DNA from: a phage
DNA: 64,000 nucleotides
Sequence record: OZ335961.1
Reading direction: 5' to 3' (one strand)
The notes beneath the pieces are model-generated. The model searched no databases. It saw only the letters and a program-made list of their open reading frames with translations, and was not told where the DNA came from. The translations under genes and the position numbers were made by a program. Below, piece by piece: positions 33,514 through 43,655 of this stretch (positions are counted from its first letter, which is position 1; each line of letters starts with the position of its first letter).

Positions 33514-33793
33514 ATTGAATCACCTTCAGTTGACGTTTTAGTTCTTTTATCATTTCTTCGTTCATCGCAATATAAAGATCACGTAAAGCTGGTTTTAGCA
33601 TTCCATTTATTGGAGAACTAAATGGACATACATAATCTTTTCCTACAAGCTTTTTAGTGAATTCCATATCGCAGAACTTAAATCCTGGTTCATTGGCATA
33701 AATTCCCCAATTAGTTGACATCATTTTATTGGCATATTCCAATGCCTGGATTTGATTCATAATTCCATCAATTTGAAACTTTTTAATATTCAT
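33497..33793 (-). CDS. hypothetical protein (98 aa)
   Basis: ORF track. Confidence 0.45.
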   Translation of the reverse strand: MNIKKFQIDGIMNQIQALEYANKMMSTNWGIYANEPGFKFCDMEFTKKLVGKDYVCPFSSPINGMLKPALRDLYIAMNEEMIKELKRQLKVIQFGQGN

Positions 33794-34254
33794 TAGTAAA
33801 GGTCCTCAGAGTAAAGTTCTTTTTCACTACCACCGCGTTCAATACGTACTTGTCCAGCATAAGTTGCAATAATCATTGCTTCTTCACGTGTCCAATAATT
33901 ACTATACTGATCAATAAACCCTTGGTCATCATCACAAACTTGCTGAGTAACTAATTGAGGTTTAACTACATCTAAAACTTCTGCCATATCTTTAGAATAA
34001 TGACGAGCACCTGGAATAACAAGAGTTCGTCCATCTTTTAATTTAAAACGGTTGGCTGCGCAAACAATTCGTCGTTGATACTTTTGGTTTTTATCCCAGT
34101 ATGCGGTCTGCCAACAGATTTCAGGAACTTCATCTAAAACATTTTGTTCTGTGTATTCACCACTGTAAGAAGCTAATTTAGCAGCCAAACTTTCTGGGGT
34201 CTCACGTGACAAAGCTTTATCTAACAGAGCTAAACGTTCTTTAAAAGTTTTCAT
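33793..34254 (-). CDS. hypothetical protein (153 aa)
   Basis: ORF track. Confidence 0.5.
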   Translation of the reverse strand: MKTFKERLALLDKALSRETPESLAAKLASYSGEYTEQNVLDEVPEICWQTAYWDKNQKYQRRIVCAANRFKLKDGRTLVIPGARHYSKDMAEVLDVVKPQLVTQQVCDDDQGFIDQYSNYWTREEAMIIATYAGQVRIERGGSEKELYSEDLY

Positions 34255-34580
34255 TTAAACCATCCTTTAATACGCTGCCACAAAGTTTTCTGTTGAGCTT
34301 TGTTAACACCAATTGATCGAATAACTGGTTGAGATTCCTGGAATTCTTTATAATCAGCAAGGTAAATTTCGTAAGCTGCATCCGTAAATGAACTTATCGC
34401 CGCCATAAAATTATTGCGAATACCTACTGGAGCATCTTTACTTTCACGAATAATCATGTATTTACCAGTCTTAATCTTTACAATACTTCCAAGATAAGCT
34501 CCATGGTACCAGATGTCCCACCCCTCTTGAGTGGGTTCTGCACAACGACGAAGTTCATTAACAATTTCTAACTTGTTCAT
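34251..34580 (-). CDS. hypothetical protein (109 aa)
   Basis: ORF track. Confidence 0.45.
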   Translation of the reverse strand: MNKLEIVNELRRCAEPTQEGWDIWYHGAYLGSIVKIKTGKYMIIRESKDAPVGIRNNFMAAISSFTDAAYEIYLADYKEFQESQPVIRSIGVNKAQQKTLWQRIKGWFK

Positions 34581-34590
34581 TATTTATTCC

Positions 34591-35226
34591 TCACAGTTCA
34601 GATGCTACGGTGATTACTGCTTCAATGTTTTCTGCCGAGCGTTTAATGTCAAGATACACATTACCGTTTTTAGCGATTTTACATGACATTCCAATATCAG
34701 TAAATTTCTGAATATGATGTTCCATCATTTTGTATCCAAAAATTCGCATATTTCCGTTGTTGTTAATTTCAAAATTGCGAATTCCGTGAGTGCGTTTTTC
34801 TAAAATAGCAAGATAGTTACTACGGTAAGTTTCAACTTTTTTAAGAACAAATCCATTTTCATCTAAAAGTTTTAACATGAGGTCTTTATCTTCTTCCATA
34901 TCGGAAGTAATCTCACGAGCTTTACGAGTTGCTCGTTTTTTCAGTAGTTCAGGAGCATTTTCCTGCGCGTATAAAGTTGCTGCATTTGAAATAATATCCT
35001 GAGCTTCACCTGTAATGATTAATCCATCACCAGATTTCTCCACCAGGCCTTTTTTAATCAATACCCCAATATTACTATTAACTACTGCGTTACCTAAATC
35101 TGGATGCACCTCACGAACTTCTGCAGCTGTAATGAAATCTTTCTTAGCAATGGTAATTAAAATCGCAGCAGTTTTTTCATTCAGAACATCGTTAGAAGCT
35201 TTGATGATGTAAGTTACTTTAGACAT
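34591..35226 (-). CDS. motA: middle-transcription activator MotA
   Basis: 211 aa as T4 MotA; consensus early promoter upstream at ~35268-35297. Confidence 0.8.
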   Translation of the reverse strand: MSKVTYIIKASNDVLNEKTAAILITIAKKDFITAAEVREVHPDLGNAVVNSNIGVLIKKGLVEKSGDGLIITGEAQDIISNAATLYAQENAPELLKKRATRKAREITSDMEEDKDLMLKLLDENGFVLKKVETYRSNYLAILEKRTHGIRNFEINNNGNMRIFGYKMMEHHIQKFTDIGMSCKIAKNGNVYLDIKRSAENIEAVITVASEL

Positions 35227-35267
35227 TTTCTAATCTCCGTAATTCTGTATCAGTAGTTGATAGTTGT

Positions 35268-35297
35268 ATAGTACCACAGTATGCTTTGGTTGTAAAC
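35268..35297 (-). promoter_or_regulatory. T4-type early promoter upstream of motA
   Basis: GTTTAC -35, TGG-TACTAT extended -10; conserved downstream CTATCAACTAC box. Confidence 0.55.
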
Positions 35298-35309
35298 CGT
35301 TTTGTGAAA

Positions 35310-35349
35310 AAATTTTTGAAATAAAAAAAGGGAGAGCCGAGGCTCTCCC
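35310..35349 (-). terminator. rho-independent terminator downstream of gene 52 and the coupled small ORF
   Basis: gggagagcc-ga-ggctctccc 9-bp stem followed on the minus strand by a U-run. Confidence 0.55.
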
Positions 35350-35357
35350 TAAAATTA

Positions 35358-35504
35358 CTGCATGACTGTGATAACTGTCATGATAACACGTTGAATTCCG
35401 AACGCAAGAAGACCTCCTGCTACGGCAGGAACAACACCTAAACCCGCCAGTAAAATGCTACCAGATACTAATGCAGCGCTTGTAATACCAATGAATGGAC
35501 TCAT
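35358..35504 (-). CDS. small hydrophobic protein (~48 aa)
   Basis: Hand-translated MSPFIGITSAALVSGSILLAGLGVVPAVAGGLLAFGIQRVIMTVITVMQ; start overlaps gene 52 stop (ATGA); hairpin terminator downstream. Confidence 0.4.
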
Positions 35505-36829
35505 TTGATTTCCTCTAAATCTTTAGTGTATTCTGTAACTACATCAGTAGTTTTCCAATATTCGTTTTCTTCTTTTTTGGCTTTAGCTTCTTCAGCAAGT
35601 TTTTTTGCTTCGTCAGAAGTCATATGAAAAATATTCATTCCAACTAGTTTATCAACATAAGAAGAATACATATCAATTTTAGAAAGTTCTTCTGTCAGTT
35701 CTTTGCGAGTTTTACCTTGTACAACAATTTCACCTGAAATTACTTTCTTAATGAAATGCGCCTTGGCAAAGGCTAAACGAAATGCTGATTCAGTTTCTTT
35801 TATTTTGTTATCAATTCGTTTTTGGACATAAGTTTTACGAACTTCAACGAAGTCTTTGATTAAATCAACTACGTTATCGTAAACTTGTAGCTTTCCTTTC
35901 TCATTAATAACGGTGATATTCTGGGAACGACGCTCAATCAACCCGAAGTCTTTCATAATTTTCGCGTGCCGTTCTTCTTCGTTATCACTCAAAGAGTATT
36001 CTTTACGGAATTTAACTTTGAATCCAAAACCATGCTCACCACAAGCATCATCCCACGTAATGAAGCCTTTATCTTCAAGCGGGTCTAAAATTTTGCTCAC
36101 GTAAGTTTCACGATCATACTTATATGGAATCTCAGTGATATTCATTTGAGTTCGTGAAGTAAACTTGTACGTTCCACGAATTTCATATTGACCATCAATT
36201 TCAACGACTTCACCACGAAATTCTGGGAATTCTACCTTCGGTTTAGTTACTTTCTTTCCTTGAAGAGCTTGCAATACAGCTTTCTTGACAGAAGAAACAC
36301 TATGAGGAAGAATGTAAGTTGCATAACCAGTTGCAATACCGGAAACACCATTAAGAAGAACAGTAGGAATAATAGGCAAATAGAAAGCAGGCGGAATGTG
36401 TTCTTTATCTTGATGTACCGGAGCATATTCAGTATCTTTATATACGTTATAGAAATTTTTACTTACACGAGCAAAAATATAACGACTTGCCGCTGCTTTT
36501 TGAACGGTACGAGAACCAAAGTTTCCTTGACCATCTAACAAAGGAAAGTTATTATTCCAAGTGTTAGCCATCAAAGCGCCCGCGTCTTGTGCAGAGTTTT
36601 CACCATGATGATATCCAAGGTCCGCTACACCACCTGCAATAGAAGCGAGTTTGTGAAACTTATCTTTATTTCCTCGTGCCAAATCAAGAGCTCGAGCAAT
36701 AACAAATCGTTGAACTGGCTTAAATCCATCAATCATATTTGGGATAGCACGATTTTCAACCGTGTACATAGCATAAGCCAATGCTTCATTATCAATGATA
36801 CTTTTTAAATCGCGATTATTCAGTTGCAT
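35501..36829 (-). CDS. 52: DNA topoisomerase II medium subunit gp52
   Basis: 442 aa as T4 gp52; GyrA-like N-terminal domain with active-site Tyr region. Confidence 0.9.
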   Translation of the reverse strand: MQLNNRDLKSIIDNEALAYAMYTVENRAIPNMIDGFKPVQRFVIARALDLARGNKDKFHKLASIAGGVADLGYHHGENSAQDAGALMANTWNNNFPLLDGQGNFGSRTVQKAAASRYIFARVSKNFYNVYKDTEYAPVHQDKEHIPPAFYLPIIPTVLLNGVSGIATGYATYILPHSVSSVKKAVLQALQGKKVTKPKVEFPEFRGEVVEIDGQYEIRGTYKFTSRTQMNITEIPYKYDRETYVSKILDPLEDKGFITWDDACGEHGFGFKVKFRKEYSLSDNEEERHAKIMKDFGLIERRSQNITVINEKGKLQVYDNVVDLIKDFVEVRKTYVQKRIDNKIKETESAFRLAFAKAHFIKKVISGEIVVQGKTRKELTEELSKIDMYSSYVDKLVGMNIFHMTSDEAKKLAEEAKAKKEENEYWKTTDVVTEYTKDLEEIK

Positions 36830-36833
36830 AAAT

Positions 36834-36974
36834 TTACCATACTAGTGAATGTAGTGCCATAATAACATCAGAAATGAAAAGCACGACTTGAATTAATCCG
36901 AACATTACTCCATAATATAGTGCTACCAATAAAGTAGCAAGGGCTAATGAATAGCCCAAGATTTTCTTAATCAT
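36834..36974 (-). CDS. small hydrophobic peptide (~46 aa)
   Basis: Hand-translated MIKKILGYSLALATLLVALYYGVMFGLIQVVLFISDVIMALHSLVW; below ORF-track size cutoff. Confidence 0.3.
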   Translation of the reverse strand: MIKKILGYSLALATLLVALYYGVMFGLIQVVLFISDVIMALHSLVW

Positions 36975-37125
36975 TAGTAGATAACAACACAAATGTTAAA
37001 TATGCACACATACCCTGGGCTAAAGCTTGTGAAAACACACTGCTAGCATCGATACAGATAGTTAAAACACATGCTACTATCCAACAAATAAATGAAATAA
37101 CTCCTAATAATTTTGCAATATTCAT
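36967..37125 (-). CDS. small hydrophobic peptide (~52 aa)
   Basis: Hand-translated MNIAKLLGVISFICWIVACVLTICIDASSVFSQALAQGMCAYLTFVLLSTND; SD GAGGAAAA before ATG. Confidence 0.3.
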   Translation of the reverse strand: MNIAKLLGVISFICWIVACVLTICIDASSVFSQALAQGMCAYLTFVLLSTND

Positions 37126-37212
37126 ATTTTCCTCACTGGCGTCCGAAGACGCCTTTGGTTTTAAGATTGTTACGATAGAACTGCATCACATGTTCGTTAT
37201 GGAAATTACTCA

Positions 37213-37668
37213 TTAATATGCCTGCAAAACAAATTTAAAGTTATCAGCCAACATACGGTTCATTTCTTCAAGCGTTTGATACTCAGAATGATGATTACGA
37301 GTAAACGCCAAAGCTAACTGACCTTTTCCAAATCCCGTCGTCAGAGGTTTCATCTTAGAAGCAGGCAAATAAAATACTGTGTATGGAACATTGTTATTTG
37401 CAATAGTACGCGCAAGCTGAGACCGACGTTGACGAATATGACTTAGAACTGCACTGAACCCTTGCTTAGAACGCTGATTACCTACATAAAATCGCGCAGA
37501 TACACATGGACTATCAAATGGACCACCAAATTTGCTCACTAAAAAGTAAAATCCAGGTTTAGACAAAATGTCTTTATGCGGAGTTCCAAAAACCCATTCA
37601 CCGCCCTTGATTGTACCAATAACGGTTGCGCCTGCATTATTCAGATCAGTAACAGTCATGTATTTCAT
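37213..37668 (-). CDS. ndd: nucleoid disruption protein Ndd
   Basis: ~151 aa from [18 protein letters not shown]...; matches recalled T4 Ndd; ORF track over-extends the N-terminus. Confidence 0.7.
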
Positions 37669-37728
37669 ATTAATTTCCTCTAAATTATTTTCTACTCCAA
37701 GGCCGCATGAATACACACGGCCAATAAA

Positions 37729-37944
37729 TTAATCGTCACAGTCGACGCTCAATTCCCAGAACTCTTCTACGGTATAAGTTTCAGTATCATTTTCAATACA
37801 GAAACGCTCATTACTGTTGTTTTCTAAAGTAGCGTTAACTGTCATTTTCTCGCTAGTGCTCTTAAGAGGTGAAATACGAATTAACTGATCACCATTATCT
37901 AAACAAAAAATTTCACCAACTTTTACATCTTTAAAAATTTTCAT
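37729..37944 (-). CDS. hypothetical protein (71 aa)
   Basis: ORF track. Confidence 0.45.
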   Translation of the reverse strand: MKIFKDVKVGEIFCLDNGDQLIRISPLKSTSEKMTVNATLENNSNERFCIENDTETYTVEEFWELSVDCDD

Positions 37945-38059
37945 AATTCACCTCAAGGAGTATAAAATCCGAATGCAGTTGTTGACCATCCCATCCAATA
38001 CGGAAAATTTGCACCAATGTAAAACATGAGAATATAAAACCAACCGCTCAGCAAATTCA

Positions 38060-38278
38060 TCATTTTACACCATTCCAAATTGTTTCAACTACAGATTTTA
38101 AGCCATTTTGGTGAATATCCATTCCGACAACTGCCATCAAATAAATTCCAACTACAACTGAACCTAAGGCGAAAATCAGCATGAAAATGAATAAAGCCGG
38201 AAAAATATTATCGAAAAACCATTCAACAAATGTAAAAGCACTGCGTTTACGCTTCATATTTTCCTCACATAAATCCAA
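38060..38278 (-). CDS. small membrane protein (72 aa)
   Basis: ORF track; central hydrophobic stretch FPALFIFMLIFALGSVVVGIYLMAVV. Confidence 0.45.
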   Translation of the reverse strand: MDLCEENMKRKRSAFTFVEWFFDNIFPALFIFMLIFALGSVVVGIYLMAVVGMDIHQNGLKSVVETIWNGVK

Positions 38279-38378
38279 AGTAAGCGTTTAATACATCAAT
38301 CATTAAAACGATTGGGAATATACTCAAAACTACTAGTATTATAACTACATTCCATATAGCTTTAACAATCTTTTTCAT
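38265..38378 (-). CDS. small membrane peptide (~37 aa)
   Basis: ORF track trimmed to MKKIVKAIWNVVIILVVLSIF... with GGAGG SD; an early promoter element lies inside the longer track ORF. Confidence 0.4.
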   Translation of the reverse strand: MKKIVKAIWNVVIILVVLSIFPIVLMIDVLNAYFGFM

Positions 38379-38406
38379 TTTCTGTTCCTCCGTAGTTGAT
38401 AGGGTA

Positions 38407-38436
38407 ATAATACCACAGAGGAACAGTCTTGTAAAC
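38407..38436 (-). promoter_or_regulatory. T4-type early promoter
   Basis: GTTTAC -35, TATTAT -10; precedes small membrane ORF 38265..38378. Confidence 0.45.
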
Positions 38437-38621
38437 AACTTTTTTAAAAATATTCGTAATAAATGTGAATACCAACTACTACCGCTGAAACTTGCGCAAC
38501 CCACCACGCACAAGCAATAAGCACAGAATTCAAAATTTTCATAATAACCTCATCACAAAAGTAAATACTAAACAAATCAATGGAATACTAATTAACCAAA
38601 CAAAACACCACCATAATGAAC

Positions 38622-38894
38622 TCATAGTTCAATCTCAGCGATTTTCATTTCATTACTATTAATAGCCGCTTTAAGACTATCTGAAAGAATTACATCCCAG
38701 TGGTCATTCATATGACCATTAACTAAGCGTGTAATTTCTTCGGGAGTTGAAAAATAAGGCGTATCAGACTCCCAGTGTGATAATCCCAAACGAGTATAAA
38801 TCATGCCTTCATCATCGCTAGAATATTCAACTGACACAAACTCATCAGTTATTTTATGTTTAGCGTAATAAAATTTAAATTTCATTTTACTCAA
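38622..38894 (-). CDS. hypothetical protein (90 aa)
   Basis: ORF track. Confidence 0.45.
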   Translation of the reverse strand: MSKMKFKFYYAKHKITDEFVSVEYSSDDEGMIYTRLGLSHWESDTPYFSTPEEITRLVNGHMNDHWDVILSDSLKAAINSNEMKIAEIEL

Positions 38895-39097
38895 TAATCC
38901 GCTAAAAGATCGACGATTGTATCACGAAGACATTTATTCGCAATACGTTTAAGAGCAATTTCAGTTTCTGGAGCATTTTGAATAATCATCGAATTCAATT
39001 CAGCCTCAGCAAACTGAAGTTCTTTAACTAATTCAGCTTTATATTTTCCTTGCCCTTTCTTAGCTTTTGCTCGTTTTAATTCAGCCGTAGTAAACAT
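38891..39097 (-). CDS. hypothetical protein (~68 aa)
   Basis: ORF track trimmed to internal ATG with GGAGAA SD; early promoter at ~39132-39161 lies inside the longer track ORF. Confidence 0.45.
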   Translation of the reverse strand: MFTTAELKRAKAKKGQGKYKAELVKELQFAEAELNSMIIQNAPETEIALKRIANKCLRDTIVDLLADY

Positions 39098-39131
39098 TTT
39101 ATTCTCCAAATCCGTATCAGTTGATAGTTGT

Positions 39132-39161
39132 ATAGTACCACAGTCCTTGTGGTATGTAAAC
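39132..39161 (-). promoter_or_regulatory. T4-type early promoter
   Basis: Near-identical copy of the motA promoter element; precedes ORF 38891..39097. Confidence 0.5.
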
Positions 39162-39177
39162 CGTTTTGTGAAAATTT

Positions 39178-39735
39178 TTAAATGGAAAGATACCATCCGT
39201 TGTAGTTGCTTTTTCTTACAACCTTACGAAGGTCTTCTCTATCACCGATGAACTTCGGAGTGTACTGGATGACACCTGGATGAATTTCTTTAGTGTTGAA
39301 TATAATTATACAGTCAGCGACCTGATGATTCAGAATGGGCCCTAGATTTATTCCAGAACCATATGGATACTCTCCGCTGCATCCTGTTGTTACAGAAATC
39401 CAACGTGAGTCAGTTTGATGTGTCTTAACTTCTACACGAATCCCGCAGTATCTTGGATGCGCCAATACATCCCATGCGTATGTATACGGGTCATTAACAT
39501 CCTCTTGGCCTTTGTTAACATACCCGCTTAGCCAATCTGCTACAAAAAACTCTGCGTACACCGCGATACGACATCTTTCGATAACTTCTGCTTTATCCTG
39601 GTTCGGGTTTTGTTTTAAAGAGTATCTTGTTGTATCAGCAATTTTGACCTTCATTTCACTAGTCAAGTCACTGTTCGATAGGGTAAATGTCGGAATCTGA
39701 AATAGTCTCTGTAAACCCGGATTCGTTTTCTGCAT
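39178..39735 (-). CDS. denB: probable endonuclease IV
   Basis: 185 aa, size and position of T4 DenB between ndd and rIIB. Confidence 0.6.
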   Translation of the reverse strand: MQKTNPGLQRLFQIPTFTLSNSDLTSEMKVKIADTTRYSLKQNPNQDKAEVIERCRIAVYAEFFVADWLSGYVNKGQEDVNDPYTYAWDVLAHPRYCGIRVEVKTHQTDSRWISVTTGCSGEYPYGSGINLGPILNHQVADCIIIFNTKEIHPGVIQYTPKFIGDREDLRKVVRKSNYNGWYLSI

Positions 39736-39997
39736 TTAGACTTTCCTTTTTACCGCTGAGATAAGCGTTATATACTTTAAGAGTGCCGTAATAAATTCGG
39801 TCATTTTCATCTAAAGACTCACGGTCAAGTTCATCGAGTTCCTTTTTATCCATGACTATAATATCATTGCAGTAAAGAAACCCAAGTTTTTCGTGACCAA
39901 ACTCAAATTTATTGCAGTACACAATATTAGCGTGATGATTTCCGTGCAGTTTAATCTCTTTTATGTCGGAATCACCGATATTCATACAATAAATCAT
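39668..39997 (-). CDS. hypothetical protein (109 aa)
   Basis: ORF track; overlaps the denB 5' end, so boundaries are uncertain. Confidence 0.35.
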   Translation of the reverse strand: MIYCMNIGDSDIKEIKLHGNHHANIVYCNKFEFGHEKLGFLYCNDIIVMDKKELDELDRESLDENDRIYYGTLKVYNAYLSGKKESLNAENESGFTETISDSDIYPIEQ

Positions 39998-40035
39998 AAT
40001 TTTTCCTTAAAACAAAAGGGCCGAAGCCCCTTATT

Positions 40036-40230
40036 TTATTTGAATTGTGCAATTCTTTTTTCTAAACAATCTGCGTAAGATTTCATTGAGATGAACTGTG
40101 AAAGCAGTAATTCTTGCTCAACTTCATTAATCGTTAGAAACTTTGTGCTTTCTAAAAATTTGCTCAGTGCATTAATTTTGAGCATTAATTGATCGTATTC
40201 TTCTTTTACTCGTGCTTGATAACCTAACAT
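40036..40230 (-). CDS. hypothetical protein (64 aa)
   Basis: ORF track; AAGGAAA SD; flanked by hairpins. Confidence 0.45.
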   Translation of the reverse strand: MLGYQARVKEEYDQLMLKINALSKFLESTKFLTINEVEQELLLSQFISMKSYADCLEKRIAQFK

Positions 40231-40258
40231 AATTTTCCTTAGTTAAGGGCCGAAGCCC

Positions 40259-41197
40259 TTATTTAAATTGTTCAGTAACGTCTTCAACTACTTCGTATTG
40301 GCAAGTACGCATTTTAGCATCGTTGTAATCAATCGGAATTGATACTACATCACGCGGATGCACTTTAACTTTTACAACTCGGCTGGTTGAACTGCCAAAG
40401 TGACGAATATAAGATTTAGAACATACATGCAGACCGCGAGAACAAGTTTGTGTATCATCGTCATTCACACGAGTACGTGGCATTTTAACTACTTTACCAG
40501 GACTGTTATCAAAAGTATTTGAATGGCAGTCAAAGTAATTACTGCGAACTACTTTCCAAGCATAGAAGTAGCCGTCTTCCGTAATTTCAATATCGTTTGC
40601 TACCAAGAAATCAAAGAGTCGAGATACCGCCTTTTGGCTCGGGTTTTCTAACAGATTTTCCAAGAACGGAAAATAAAATTCAAAGTTTTCGCCTTTTTCC
40701 ATCGAATCGAGAATACGATCAACTAAACCAGACCGCAATTCAATATTTTGATAGAACAAGCTTCCACCTTCAATTCGAACATCACCAGAAATATATTTTT
40801 CAACAGCGCGACGAACGTTAATTTTTTGCGCTGCTTCTTCCAATTTATCTGCAACAAGCAGATTAAGAATTTCCTGGAAGTTTGAATGAGTATTAGGAGT
40901 TGCGTTATAAGTTACACCGTCAACAGTAATTGAAATGAATTTTTTAGATGCATTCCAAATAATGTCAGATTTAGCAACTGGAGCAATAGCTGTATCGCTA
41001 TTAACTTTAACAGTAATGTCACCGCTAATAGTAACTTTGGAACGCTCAGCTTCTTCAGCATTTTTCAAAACACGACGGATTGTGTCAACCGATACACCTT
41101 GCCAATCAGCCAATTCCTGTTGGGTGTAATTACCACTTAAATACAGTTTAACAATTTCAGCTTGTTCGTTTTTGGTCAGGCATTTAATATTGTACAT
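40259..41197 (-). CDS. rIIB: rIIB (rapid-lysis/membrane integrity protein)
   Basis: 312 aa, same length as T4 rIIB; directly downstream of rIIA. Confidence 0.8.
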   Translation of the reverse strand: MYNIKCLTKNEQAEIVKLYLSGNYTQQELADWQGVSVDTIRRVLKNAEEAERSKVTISGDITVKVNSDTAIAPVAKSDIIWNASKKFISITVDGVTYNATPNTHSNFQEILNLLVADKLEEAAQKINVRRAVEKYISGDVRIEGGSLFYQNIELRSGLVDRILDSMEKGENFEFYFPFLENLLENPSQKAVSRLFDFLVANDIEITEDGYFYAWKVVRSNYFDCHSNTFDNSPGKVVKMPRTRVNDDDTQTCSRGLHVCSKSYIRHFGSSTSRVVKVKVHPRDVVSIPIDYNDAKMRTCQYEVVEDVTEQFK

Positions 41198-41208
41198 AAT
41201 TTTCCTTA

Positions 41209-43386
41209 TTAGGCCGCAAGGGCCTTCATAGTTTTAGCGATTTGGGAAACTTCATCATCACTTAAAGAGTTGCGATAACCGATGAAGTCGGAAACAATAC
41301 GGAATTTCTTGGTAAACTCAGCAACCATTTTATCACTGTTTTTTGAAGCATTATTTGATAATACATCAAAAAGATTAGTTACTGTCCAGATGTCATGACC
41401 GATGGTATCTTTTCCACCATTGAAATATACACCCTGTAATGAACTAACCATATTAGCGAGTCGTGTATATTCTTCAGAAACTTCATCTACACTGAAGTAC
41501 TTCATCATAAAATCTAGTTCAGGATACTTGATAATTTTATCAATATATCGTTTAGCTGAACTTGAATAACCTACATACTTATCATAATCTACATCATCAA
41601 AAGCATCTACATATAAATCACGCAAAGTTTCAAAAATACATTGGCACTGACCAAGTTCTTTTACCTTTTTCTGCAAAAGCGGACGAATAACATAAAATTC
41701 ATTAATGCCAATAAGATTAGCCATACGAATCAAAATATTCGTAGATGGATGACAAAGCGATGTAGTACCATCCATAGAGAAAATATCAGAACGATGCATG
41801 TATGCTACATAACCAGTAATTTCATCTGCTTCTGACGTAAGTGTAAACAATTCCTCTTTTTCCCAGCGCCCGTCTTTAATTTCAAACTTAAATGCAGTGG
41901 CAGCTTTAGGACGAGGAGCTGTACTTTTTACTGCCTTTGGAATATAACTTTTAACTAAAGCTTCAATTTCTGACAAATAATGAATGTTAACTTCATCACT
42001 TTCAAACATTGCCATAATATCAGGGAGTAAATCAATCTGCGATTCTACTTCCGGATTAATAAACAGAAGACGCTCATTGTGATGAATATTCAAAGTGTTA
42101 TTAAATTCGCTATCATCTAATGCACGTGCTAATCCACGGACAATATTAACACGATTTTTAATATTATCAATAACAATATTAATTTTTGTCGTATTAATAC
42201 CAAACAGACGATAACTTGATGCAACGGCTGAAGTTTCATGGCTTTGCTTAATGCGTTTCAGTCGAGGGTCAAGATTTACTTCATACACAACTCCTGCATT
42301 GCATAACTTACTGTCAGGTTCAAACATGCTCTGCATCTTCTTATATGACAGATTTTTAGTCGTAAATTTGACTGAATTACTAATCATATAATCTCGAGCA
42401 GAATATCCCATCTTCATCAATTCACGGTATGTATGACGAGGAGACGTAGATTCTTTAAATCGTTTTACATCTTCATTGAATGCCTTCTCACTAAGCTCTT
42501 TAACACGCTCAATAATATTTTTACGAGTACGATCATCTAGTGAAAGAGCTTCGCGTGATGGAGCAATATCCAGTGAACCCATTGGAAACTTAATGTAATT
42601 CACTTCATTGCGGATGCTTAACCAGTTACGGTCTCTAATAACACCATCGATAGGATAAACAATACCACCATAGATAGCATACAATCCACCACGATCTGGC
42701 CAGTATCTTTCTGGATTTACGCCGTAATAGTCATCAAAATCCGGAAAATAATCAATTTCGCGGTCAAGACCATTAATGATAGCCAAATCTTTGAATGGTC
42801 GCATGATATAAGAAACTTCATAAGCAAAGTTTCTAAAGTCTTTTTCTTCAACTGGAACTACGATTTCAATACCAGTTTTATCATCTGGACCCATTTCTTT
42901 TACAAACGTAGGTTTAATCTGCGGACCGTCACCATCCATGTAAGCTACATAACCACGAATTTCACCTTTATGATATGAAGTAATACTAAACGTATCAGTA
43001 TAACTAAACGGAGATTTAGAACCTAAACCAAATCCACCAATGAAATCGTTAGATTCAGCCTTAGATGAACTGAAGTATGAATTATACAACCCAGGAGAAT
43101 TATCATCACCCTGAATATCAAAATCGCTCATACCTGGACCAAAATCTCGACAAACAAATCGCGGATCTAATCGTCCTGGAACTTGAATGATAAATTTTTC
43201 AGGATTTCCATTGAGAGCATGGGCATCAATCATGTTGGTAATTAATTCACGAACTACTGCGCGAATCTTGTTTGTATACAAATCAGATGACAGAATTTTG
43301 AATACTTTAGGAGATGCTGTGATGCTAAATGCTTTTGATTTAGAACCATTACCAAGAATTGTTTCTTTTTCAGTGGTGATAATCAT
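41209..43386 (-). CDS. rIIA: rIIA
   Basis: 725 aa, same length as T4 rIIA; GHKL/HATPase-like N-terminus. Confidence 0.85.
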   Translation of the reverse strand: MIITTEKETILGNGSKSKAFSITASPKVFKILSSDLYTNKIRAVVRELITNMIDAHALNGNPEKFIIQVPGRLDPRFVCRDFGPGMSDFDIQGDDNSPGLYNSYFSSSKAESNDFIGGFGLGSKSPFSYTDTFSITSYHKGEIRGYVAYMDGDGPQIKPTFVKEMGPDDKTGIEIVVPVEEKDFRNFAYEVSYIMRPFKDLAIINGLDREIDYFPDFDDYYGVNPERYWPDRGGLYAIYGGIVYPIDGVIRDRNWLSIRNEVNYIKFPMGSLDIAPSREALSLDDRTRKNIIERVKELSEKAFNEDVKRFKESTSPRHTYRELMKMGYSARDYMISNSVKFTTKNLSYKKMQSMFEPDSKLCNAGVVYEVNLDPRLKRIKQSHETSAVASSYRLFGINTTKINIVIDNIKNRVNIVRGLARALDDSEFNNTLNIHHNERLLFINPEVESQIDLLPDIMAMFESDEVNIHYLSEIEALVKSYIPKAVKSTAPRPKAATAFKFEIKDGRWEKEELFTLTSEADEITGYVAYMHRSDIFSMDGTTSLCHPSTNILIRMANLIGINEFYVIRPLLQKKVKELGQCQCIFETLRDLYVDAFDDVDYDKYVGYSSSAKRYIDKIIKYPELDFMMKYFSVDEVSEEYTRLANMVSSLQGVYFNGGKDTIGHDIWTVTNLFDVLSNNASKNSDKMVAEFTKKFRIVSDFIGYRNSLSDDEVSQIAKTMKALAA

Positions 43387-43396
43387 AATTTCCTCA

Positions 43397-43600
43397 TTAA
43401 TTCATATTGCGTTTAATAACTTCAGCAACTTCTAGTAGTTCATCTTTAGTTGCAGTGTCGGATTGAATTTTATCTCTAATATCCTTAAAGCGGTTTTTAA
43501 ACTCTTCGGCTTCTCCCATATCGAAAAAGCGTTGAATGATTCTATATTCTCGATGAACTGCTTTATCAAAAAGTTCTAAATTTACTCTATATGATTTCAT
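43397..43600 (-). CDS. hypothetical protein (67 aa), rIIA.1 position
   Basis: ORF track; consensus early promoter directly upstream. Confidence 0.5.
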   Translation of the reverse strand: MKSYRVNLELFDKAVHREYRIIQRFFDMGEAEEFKNRFKDIRDKIQSDTATKDELLEVAEVIKRNMN

Positions 43601-43625
43601 TTCAATATCCTCATTTGCCCAATTA

Positions 43626-43655
43626 ATTATACCACATCCTTGTGGTAAAGTAAAC
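43626..43655 (-). promoter_or_regulatory. T4-type early promoter (consensus)
   Basis: Minus strand reads GTTTAC-tttaccacaaggatgTGG-TATAAT; precedes the rIIA.1-position ORF. Confidence 0.6.
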
